DNA from: Octopus bimaculoides
Lineage: Eukaryota
Assembly: GCF_001194135.2 (NCBI RefSeq)
Contig: NC_068987.1
Coordinates: 36,510,064-36,563,743 of the forward strand
Reading direction: 5' to 3'
DNA length: 53,680 bases
Shown: piece by piece, positions 24,425-34,120 of the stretch
Position numbering within the stretch: the stretch's first letter is position 1
Layout of the letters: each line of letters opens with the position of its first letter
Notes under the pieces: model-generated
Databases searched by the model: none
What the model saw: only the letters and a program-made list of their open reading frames with translations
Told to the model about the DNA's origin: nothing
Position numbers and translations under genes: made by a program

Positions 24425-26441
24425 ACCATTTTCGCACTTTCCTTCAAAAATCACTTTCTCTATCTCTCCATTTCCGATCACTTCAGCATGTAAATATACA
24501 CGTGCTTTTCTTAGACTTTCTGTTCCTTTTCTCCGAACTTTTCCGTTTTCTTTTTTCTTACATGCATGTAAGAAAAACATATACTTATATCTATACGTGT
24601 CTGAATGTATATATGTATATATATGCATGCAAGTATTTACAAGGAAGAAGCTTTAGGCTAAGCAAACGACGAATGTAGAGAAATGTGATTGCTGATATTT
24701 AGGGAAATGTTTTGAAATTAACAAATATAAAAATAGATCATAAATGAAAGAAACTTAAAATTACAAATACAATGAAATAAAACAAGCTACAGAAAAACAA
24801 CGAACATATTCTTAAATCTCAGTCTAGCACAGAACATGAGGAGAAAATGTAGAGACAATTGTAATAGTTGGGTTTTGTGGTTAAGTGTTATATTACTAAT
24901 ATTTATACGTTGAAAATAATTATATCTTTGTGCTGTGTGCAAAACGTGTGATAAGTGTTATGGTAGAAAGTGAGACAAGAAGTAGTCATAAATCATATGT
25001 TTTTTCTAATGGGAATGTTCATTCACCTATAACTCTTTTCAGGCACCACATAAGAGTCAAAATCCTTTCTAAAACAAAAGCAAAACATCAAGCAGACAAT
25101 TGCGCAACAACTTTCAAAACATGAGGCTTTACGCCAACATTTATAGAGGGGGGACGCATAATTGCACAGATGGGTCCCTAAAGAATTTACAGAAATAAGT
25201 GTTGTGTATTCTCAATATTTAACATTCACGAAAACCAAAATAACTTCAGAAAACCTTTGCCCCTGCAATGTTAGAAGTTATTTTAATTCCACAAGAAATT
25301 CTTCAGAAAATCAAATTTCATGTGAGATAATTTCAATAAAAATTAAATTCGAACAATTTCTCTTGTTTTTCGTCAATGGAAGCGGATGACACTTTTATAT
25401 AACAAAATTTTAAAATATTACTTCAGAAAACTCTATCGTGTTTTGCTGATTATTCGAATCAGCTCATTTAACAATATTCGTCATTGCCGAGGTTTGTTCT
25501 TTTATAAGTAATTTTGAGATATGTGCACATGAAAACGCTTCAGAACGCCACTAATCTGCATTGAAAACGTTGTTTAGGAAACTCAGTATGAATATGAGTG
25601 AAGTAAAGAAATGAGTATGCTGAAAACTAGAAACATTAATTCGAGCAGTAATATCTTAGCAGTAAGATAAAATATAATATAATGATGATATCTACAACGT
25701 AATATTTCGTGCTTTAGAAGGTAATTGTGTCAGTGAATTCGATAATTTAAAAATATATCAAAATACATTTCCTGACGCATCAAAATACAAACATTATGGC
25801 TACTCGAGATATTTTATTATGAAAGAAGAGGACAGTTTTCTAGATACACTTTCAGGAACTATTAAAAATAACATTCCTTTAAAGCTTCAGCTTACCAAAT
25901 TGCAGCAACGGAAAGGAAAAGCGGGTTCGCTAATGTTTCTTTAGACGCTGCTGCTAATTTATTTCAGGAACCAAAATTAACAAATTCTACTTCTAAATTC
26001 TTGAATTTAGCCAATACTTACAGGCACGTTTGTAATTTTAGCAAAATATTTGGGATACACCATGTATTAAAGAGCTGGTATGTGATTTGTGGAGAATAAG
26101 TACATGATGGCAAAACAAAACGCTTTTGAATCTTTTAATCGAAATTTGAAATTTTTAAGCAATTCTAATTTATTAATAGCGCCTCGATTGCGCTAGCAGA
26201 ACTTCACATTCAGTAATTTTAAGAGGCACTAAAAAAGCCAAGTTAAAAGACACTTGAAGTCATCTTATTCCTGGAGACACGACAGAGATGTACTTCACAG
26301 CCTTTTGGGCGATGATTAATCTCCAGAATTGGCTCAAGATGTTTTAAAACTTGGAGGTGGTAAAAATTCCTTGATAAGTATAATTGTTGAGGTATATCTT
26401 TAATTAATACAACGGTTTCATCAGTCAACGAATTAACAAAC

Positions 26442-27330
26442 GGATCCTTTCCTTTTGGCCGTCACATAAAAAAAAATTATTTTTTGTAACTAAACACTTT
26501 CAAATTTCGTATACTGGTAGAATGTGTCATTTAAAACATCATTTACTCTTGGCGTTTTTAAGAAAATTCTATATTTTCGAAGTTATTTCGTGTTAAAGTT
26601 GCCGTATTTCGGTAATTTCAACCAATCAATGATGTCTATTGAAGTGAAAACAATTACTGCTTTGGTTTGTCAACAAGACGTTCTGGTGGTGTACATCTAG
26701 TTTGTCACTGTTATTTCTGATATATTTACATTTGAGATACACGTATGTATAGTTTAATCAATTCAGGTATGAGTTATTTTAGCGTTTTCGAAATTTCTCC
26801 AATTTCTGCATTTTTCACATTTTTCCGTAACTCTAACCCTAACATCCCAACCCTTATCATAACTCTAAAACTCCAACCCTAACCCTAAAACGCTAACCCT
26901 AACTCTAAATCCTAACCCTAAAACCCTAACCCTAACCTAACCCTAAAGCCCTAACCCTAACTATAAAACGCTATCCCTAACCCTAAAATCCTAACCCTGA
27001 CCCTAAAACCCTAACCCTAACTCTAAAACCTGAACCCTAACCCTATCCCTAAAATCCTAAAGCTAAAACCAGTACAAACGCACGAACGATATCATAACAG
27101 TGATAAACGAAATATACACCGCCGATAGTTGTTGTTGACAAACAACGGCAGTAATTTTATTCGGCTGAATACACGTCATTGATTGGTTGAAATTACCGAA
27201 ATACGACAACTTTAACACGCCAAGAGTAAATGATGTTTTAAATGACACATTCTACCAATATACGAAATGTGAAACTATTTAGTTACAAAAAATTAGTTTT
27301 TTCTATGTGCCGGCCAAAAGGAAAAGATCC
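26442..27330. mobile_element. Foldback/MITE element, 889 bp, with ~250-290-bp TIRs, an imperfect 8-bp TSD and an internal telomere-like array
   Basis: Ends GGATCCTTTCCTTTTGGCC / GGCCAAAAGGAAAAGATCC; flanks TAACAAAC (26434-26441) and TAACAACC (27331-27338). Confidence 0.88.
26828..27068. repeat. Degenerate (CCCTAA)n telomere-like array
   Basis: Direct reading: CCCTAA units interspersed with CCCTAAAA, CTCTAA and CGCTAA variants. Confidence 0.95.
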
Positions 27331-27793
27331 TAACAACCTCTCGTCAAATATTTATTACCGCCAGTATTTATTTAAAAGAGCAATTTTTGCATCAGTAATT
27401 ATCAATGTGCATAAACAATAAGATCGCACTTCCACAGATACACATTCTTATAAAGGTTATCGATTTAGTTGCGGACCTCACAGAGTATGTTAATAATTCT
27501 AAGATATTTTAAAAGTACTTATAACCTTCTGGACTTCTACCACGCTGAATATTTTTTATAAATAGTAGCCATTATTCATCCTTCTCAGCTGTGTAATGAC
27601 ACTAGACTAGGAAGGACATTGAAAAACTAATGCTATAGAGCATTTAGAATACCATTTTCATTGGCTGTTTCATAGAAGAAAATGCCTTTCAACTTGTTAT
27701 GGCGAGAGTACGACACCCTCTGACGAGAACAGACGGGTGGACCACTACACATAAACAGTAGCAGCCAGACGTAGTCAGCAGTTCGTAGTTTGG

Positions 27794-29706
27794 TCGAGAT
27801 CATGTTCGTGTTTTTTTGTTTTTTTTTTGCTGTTTCATTTAATCACATTTTGATCCCCGTGAGTTCCATTGTTGATTAATTGTTGAAGGTCTCCCGTAGG
27901 GGTGAACCTAGTCGTTTGGCTTAATTGTTTAATTGTTGAGTTGTTCGTTGCTGTTGTTTTTGCCTGTGATTTTTGTTTTCTTTCCCATTTATGGGACCAG
28001 TTGTTGATGGGGGAAGCGATGGAAGGCGAACCGGTTCCAGCCGGCAGCTGTGCTGCAGCAACTGGAAGAAACTTAGCTGCGGACGTTTTGCGAGTTCGAG
28101 AGGTGGAAGTAGACGAGGAGAGATTGAAGCGGTTTAGCAGGCTTATTGAGAGGGACGGTGCCGGCCTGAGGTTGACCCCGCCGCAGGATTTGACAGCGAA
28201 TGTAACCTGGGCGAACGGTGATGTATGGAGCGCTGTCCATGGCATCGAAGGGAATTAAGGTAGCTGCTGTGGAAGTGTTGGAGGTGTGTCTGAAGGAGGT
28301 GAAGGNNNNNNNNNNNNNNNNNNNNNNNNNNNNNNNNNNNNNNNNNNNNNNNNNNNNNNNNNNNNNNNNNNNNNNNNNNNNNNNNNNNNNNNNNNNNNNN
28401 NNNNNNNNNNNNNNNNNNNNNNNNNNNNNNNNNNNNNNNNNNNNNNNNNTCCACTGTGGCGCTGGAATCGCCGGAGTGTGTGCCACTGCCAACTTGCTGT
28501 GGCAAACGTGTGTCCAGAGTGGGAATCGGCAGGGTGCCCACTGAGATTGATGAGGCGTAGCTGGTGGCAGCCATTATGTATGGCTCGGGCGAAGAGGCGA
28601 AGGTTTTAAGGGTAGCAAGACCGCCTGAGGTGGACTGTTGAGGGTGCGGCCTCGAGGTGGCGGTCCGGGTCGGTTTGCCGGATTTGCACAAGATTGCAGA
28701 GGAGGTCGTGTTGCCTGAGGAAGGGAGAGTCAGAGTAGTAGGGGGGGGAACACCTCCAATCTGCTACCAGTGTGGAGTACGGGGACACATAGAGTCGGGG
28801 TGCCCCCAGAAGTGCGACGAGGAGGTGATGGAGCAGAGGCGGCAGGGCGAGGAGAAGGAGCGAGGCGTCGATGAGCAAAACCCTAGATGTGAAGGGAGTG
28901 CAGAAGGTGTGGAAAAGCAGCTTTTGGTGGTAGAGAGGTGGAGGAGGAGGGAGGGAGTGGCAAACTCGCCACCGCAGAGTCCACTATGGAGGGGAAGGGG
29001 AGGTGCGAAGGAGCCTCGGTGTGAGAGACGAGCAACATCAGACGGAGCCAGCGCGGAGGAGAGGGTGAAGTTGCGGAGGCGAAGGGAGGCAAGACGGGAG
29101 ATGCCAGCAGGGGGGAGGGAGGTGCCAATGCCAGCGGCATCGGAGGGGACCAGTAGTGGAGGGCAAGAAGGATTACAGAAAAAAGAACCAAAACATATAT
29201 GGAATTTGATGGAATGCACGAAAGGTTTTGAAGTGGGGAAGAGGATTACAGAGATAAAGTCAGCAATTAGGGTGAGATTAACGTCGAACGAATACTCTGA
29301 AAACACCAAAGCAATCTTGCTTGAGTGGTGAGAAACTAAAAGAACTATTTGGGGACAAGATAGAGATATCGGGACTACGGGTTCAATTCGACGAATTGCC
29401 ACCAGTGGTGGAATTCTATGAGTTGACGCAGTATCTAGCGTGATAAAAAAGGAAAAAGTAAGTAATTTTTTTTTTTAATTTATAGTGACTTTTAAAATAA
29501 GATGCAAAAAGGAAAAAAGAACTGATTTACAAACGTTAACTAAAAACTTTTGAATTACACTGCTTGCGAGTGGGTAGCAGGTAAAACATTTCATTTTCAT
29601 TATTATAATTCATAAATTTCCTTCATATTTTACGTCCCCACTGTGTGTGTTGTCTGTCTGTGTATCGTCCCCGCTTTATTGAGCCTGAGTGCTCAATAAA
29701 ATAAAT
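27794..29706 (+). mobile_element. Non-LTR retroelement encoding only ORF1 (HAL1-like), flanked by a 15-bp TSD
   Basis: CAGTTCGTAGTTTGG at 27779-27793 and 29707-29721; 3' hairpin and AATAAAATAAAT end; no endonuclease or RT between ORF1 and the 3' end. Confidence 0.75.
28007..29443 (+). pseudogene. LINE ORF1p-like nucleic-acid-binding protein with a CCHC zinc knuckle, disrupted
   Basis: RVSRVGIGRVPTEIDEA*LVAAI (resembles the RRM-like region of ORF1p) and CYQCGVRGHIESGC (CX2CX4HX4C, 28762-28803); two in-frame stops, frameshifts and an N gap at 28306-28449; the 29443 end assumes a frameshift near 29330. Confidence 0.72.
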
Positions 29707-29910
29707 CAGTTCGTAGTTTGGCCTTCGAAGTTGAGGTACAGTTTACACTTCGAGTTAGTGTATTGGAAATATTGATTGTTGGTTTGTTACGTGTTTGGCA
29801 TTGCCTCTGTTTCTATTTTGCATTGCTATAATACTGTTACAGTGTATTCTTTATCTATCGCCGACAATATCAACCATACTACGATATTGGAGGCGTAAGG
29901 ATATAACATC

Positions 29911-29923
29911 TGGCGACGAGGAT
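29911..29923 (+). other. Primer-binding site complementary to the tRNA-Ser(GCT) 3' end
   Basis: TGGCGACGAGGAT is the reverse complement of ATCCTCGTCG+CCA, the metazoan tRNA-Ser(GCT) 3' end as I recall it. Confidence 0.8.
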
Positions 29924-29980
29924 TTTTTGAAGCTCAGGTAGGTTATTTGAAAATGTGTGCATCATACAAATTGTTAAATT

Positions 29981-32150
29981 ATGGACAACCTATTAGCTGC
30001 AGTAATGCAGCTTCAAGAGAAGCAACAGGAACAACTACAGGAGTTGCAGAAGGAAATATTACAAAAACAACAGCAGTTAATTGAGTTACAGTCAAGGAAG
30101 ACCAAAAATTCTGTGTAAGTTCTTTTACGCCAGACGGCGTGGCGAACTCGATTCCTGAATTCACTTATAATCTGGAAGTTATTGCGTTTCTTGCATACTA
30201 AAGAAAGTACGGGGAAATTCTTAACAAAGATTGCGAGTCATGGTCGGATGCGGAGACAGTGTGGCTATTACTACGCAAGGCAACTCCGGCCGAGCATGAA
30301 CGCCACTGTAACTTTATATTGTCGAGTGACATTTGTTTCCAAGAAGCTATGAAATCGCTCTCAACGATCTTTTGAGACAACAGCTCGTTATTTAACACTC
30401 GAATGGAGTGTTAGAAATTATCAAAAAATTACGATGATGACTTTATTGTATACGCCGGAGTAGTCTGAAAGCTTTAAACTTCAGGAACTCATCCAGGATG
30501 TTTAAATCCCCTATCTTCGTACAAGGCCTTACTGCAACCGAAAATAGAGGAATGCGGGCAAGGATTATCTCAAAAATGTAGCATGCGAACCAACACTATC
30601 CCTACAGACCATTGTAGAACAACGTCAAGCAAATGTAAACCTGAAGCACGACGTGAAAAAAGTTCAAGAGAAAGATTCCGTAAAGATACAGATGTGTCGA
30701 CCCGACCCGAAAGGTACAACTAAAAAAGAGTGCCAGACCCCAATCCATGTTCCGCAGGTAGAGGTCTACATTTCAGATAAGAGTGTCCGTTTAAAAACCG
30801 AAAATGCCATAGTTGTCAGAAACTTGGTTACAAGAGTTCACACTGCAGGACAAGATTACGAGGGTCGAACGCAAAAAGTTTTATGGTGTTTTCAATAGAA
30901 AGTGAATACGACCAAAAATTTTAAAAAATATAAAAAAATAAAATTTGTACACGTAAAAATCAATAGTGTAATTATTAAACTACAGTTTGATACGGGTAGT
31001 GATATTTCAATAATACAGATACATGAAGAAAAATCGGGAAACCGAGGTTACGTAAAACAGTGAAATTTGCGCGTGGGGTGATGGGCGATAAATTACATTG
31101 GTACAGATTGTTTGGGAGCTATTTGACTTATGGCACCTCTCCATAAGTCTCTATTGCAAAAACATAAATGGTTGTCCCATTAAAAACAAATCGTCTGAGG
31201 AATTGAAGAAAACATTTTAAAAAGGTGTTTCCTGAAGTACTATCGGAGGACTTAAGTCTATGTAACATGACTGAATCCTGCATTCAAGTAGATGAAAACA
31301 CTCTACCTGTGTTTAACTCGAACAGAAAAGTACCGTTCGCAGCAATTGAAATCGTTTGGACAGACTGAAAAAGAGTGGAATCATCAAAAAGGTGGATTAC
31401 TCTAATTGGGCGGCACCCACGGTGTGCATTAAAGATTAGGCTGTGTGCTGATTTCGATACAGGATTGAACGACTGCCTTAAAGACATGCCAACATTCACT
31501 CTCGACGCCAGAGGACATTTTCAAAAATTAAATGATGGAAAGATGTTCTCCAAAGTGGATCTGTCTGACGCTTATTTACAGATTAAAGTAAATGACAAAT
31601 GCTCAAAGTATCTCACAATAAATACACATAGAGGATTGTACAAATATACCCGATTACTTTTTGGATTAAATGTTGCACCGGCAATATTTCAGCAAATCAT
31701 GGATGCTATGTTATCTGATTGTGAATTTGCAATCCCGTGTTTGGACAATATATTGATTAAAAGTAATTCGGTAAAACCTATAAAGTTCTTGTATGAATTG
31801 TTTGGCCCATACGATGTTCCAGACACGTTAGTTTCTGAAAATGGAACGCAATTTTCGGGATATTAATTCAAGAACTTCTGTAAAATGCATGCGATAAAGC
31901 ATATTTTCACTTCACCCTGCTACCCGAGGTCAAATAGGCAGGTAGAAAGATTTGTTGACACGTTCAAAAATAGCGTTAAGAAAAACTAAGAAAAAATTAA
32001 GTAACGACGAAGCACTAACAAAATTTCTTAAGGGTATATAGACTAACCGTCAATCCAAATATAAATTCAAGAAAATCACCAGCAGAGTTGGTGCTCACGT
32101 GAAGAATTAAACCGAGTTTTGATAAGCTATTGCTATAGAAAAAAGATGTA
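29981..32150 (+). pseudogene. Ty3/Gypsy gag-pol remnant (gag, protease, RT, integrase); RNase H region deleted; no 3' LTR seen
   Basis: ATG at 29981 (MDNLLAAV); ANSIPEFTY; CHSCQKLGYKSSHC knuckle; protease LQFDTGSD (DTG 30989-30997); RT FSKVDLSDAYLQ and FGLNVAPAIFQ, with CLDNI for YLDDI; integrase PDTLVSENGTQF and QVERFVDTFK. Confidence 0.92.
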
Positions 32151-32682
32151 AAGGAAATACGAATATAATTATAATTAAGGACACAGAAGCCAGTGTGCCT
32201 ATATGATAGAAGATGCCAAATAGTCCAACCAGTTCAAGGTTCGCTTCAATGTACACAGGTTCAAAGCGGGAAAATTGGACAAACCAAAAATTAACAAAAC
32301 AATTCGGATAATCCTAGTTTGATCTACTTCTAGATAAGTATAACTCTTCTTTCATCAGTAGAATATACCGAGCGGGATAAATGAAAATATGTATAAATAC
32401 CCATACAAATGCACACGTATAGACTCGACTACAAATAAATATCCACAAATATATACAAATCTAATTTCGTGGTCACCTCAACACGTGTATATTTGGTCAA
32501 AATAGTGCAAAAGTAAATAAACTAGTCACATTTAGTGACAATTATAATTCCCCTTTTTTGGTGAAACATTGCAAACTGCTGTTTATATTTATTTTACATA
32601 TATACATTTGCGAATCGCTCAATCATCCAGTAATTTGAATGACGAAAACCTAAATACTAATTATTAATTTCATGTATATATA

Positions 32683-33764
32683 TACAGGAGTTGGACAATA
32701 ATAATGGAAACACTTTAAAATTTCAAACAAATTTATTTTAATATGGGGTAGGACCGCCTTTGGCAGTAATTACAGCTTGAATTCTATGAGGTATGCACTC
32801 GTACAAAGTTTGAATTGTTTCCAAAGGAATTTTTGTTCATTCCTCAGCTAAAACAGTCTCCAGTTTGTGTAGTGATGATGGTGGAGGATATCGACTCCTT
32901 ACTTGTTTTGCTCAAATGCACCATAAATGTTCAATTATATTGAGACTGGGGACTGTCGTGGTCACATAAGATGTTCAACTTCACTACAATGCTCCGCTGC
33001 CCTTCAGTAACAAATTTAGCTGTATGAATTGGTGCATTATCATCCTGAAAGATTGCATTTCCCTTTGGAAACAGTTCCGCAACCATAGGATGAATTTGAT
33101 CTGATAAAATGCTTAAATAGTCTTGACTATTAATTCTGCCATGAAGGGAAACCATTGAGCCGGGGATTTCCAAGAAAAGGCTACCCTCCAAGATCATCAC
33201 AGATCCTCCTCCGTGTTAAAACATTTGGAAGAAGGCAGTTTGGGTCAAATGTTTCTTTTGGCTGTCTTCACAGGTATACTCGGCCGGTGGTCGGAAATAA
33301 GGTAAAAGATGACCCGTCCGAGAAAATAACATTCTTCTAGGGACTAATTCTGTAGGTTTTTACTCCACTCTAAACGCTTTGTAACGTTTGTTTTTGAAAG
33401 TAGTGGTTTTCTGATTGCAGCCCTCCTGTGAAATCCGGCTTTGTGATGCTCCCGGCGAACAGGCTTTGTGGAAACTGGATTCTCGATTTGGTCATTAAGC
33501 TCTGCGGTAATTTTGGGAGCTGTACTTTTGTGGTCCTTTCTAACAATTCGCGTAATAGTCCTACGGTCCCTATCTGAATATTTTGGTCTCTTCCGGAGAT
33601 TTGTTTCGACGTGGAGGTTTTTCCCCCTCTTTCTCAAAGGCTGTCATTACTTTCGAGACAGTACTTCTTGATACACCAAACATTTCAGCTGTTTTCGGTA
33701 CGCTAGCACCTGCTATCCGAGCATCAACAATTTAACCTCTTTGAAAGTCCGATAGAACTATCAT
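32683..33764 (-). mobile_element. Tc1-like transposon copy 1; transposase pseudogene 32738-33764 with DD36E spacing; one TIR visible
   Basis: TA-CAGGAGTTGGACAATAATAATGGAAAC terminus; start MIVLSDFQRG, paired-like HTH, FQDDNAPIH, QSP.LNIIEHLW, ends KGGPTPY*. Confidence 0.92.
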
Positions 33765-33995
33765 TTTAATGAATTAATGAATTTTAATTACTTTTTTCTG
33801 ATAATATCTGAAAAGAAATAGCAACTTTATATATTAAGCAACACAAATAATAAAGTAAAAAACATAGGCTTTTGACGGTTATATAGATATTTCAAAATTA
33901 TGATGCTATACATACATACATACATACATGCATACATATATGCGTATATTTATGCGTATGTATATATATATATACATTCATACATACATACATAT

Positions 33996-34000
<5 letters not shown>

Positions 34001-34039
<39 letters not shown>

Positions 34040-34120
34040 TGAGCGAGAGAGACAGAGAGTGAGAGAGAGAGACAGAGAGTGAGAGAGAGAGACAGAGAGT
34101 GAGAGAGAGAGACAGAGAGA
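34001..34120. repeat. (GA)n grading into a 20-bp minisatellite GAGAGAGAGAGACAGAGAGT x5
   Basis: Direct reading of 34021-34120. Confidence 0.92.

Larger units (their letters stand above)
27695..29908 (+). mobile_element. Ty3/Gypsy 5' LTR (~286 bp when reconstructed), split by a nested insertion
   Basis: Begins TGTTAT (27695) and ends ATAACA (29908), a perfect 6-bp inverted terminus; followed 2 nt later by a PBS; halves 27695-27793 and 29722-29908 join across a 15-bp duplication. Confidence 0.78.

Noticed and set aside
26828-27068. True telomere or chromosome-fusion scar
   Set aside because: The array is short, degenerate, single-orientation and enclosed by transposon TIRs with a TSD.
27779-27793. 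The 15-mer as the 5' end of two tandem LINE copies rather than a TSD
   Set aside because: Sequences after the two copies diverge immediately, and joining across them rebuilds a TG...CA LTR followed by a PBS.
28764-29402. 212-aa minus-strand ORF
   Set aside because: It is the antisense shadow of the GC-rich ORF1, with no recognisable motif.
32150-32680. Gypsy 3' LTR or polypurine tract
   Set aside because: No copy of the TGTTATGGCG LTR start or other LTR sequence was found downstream.
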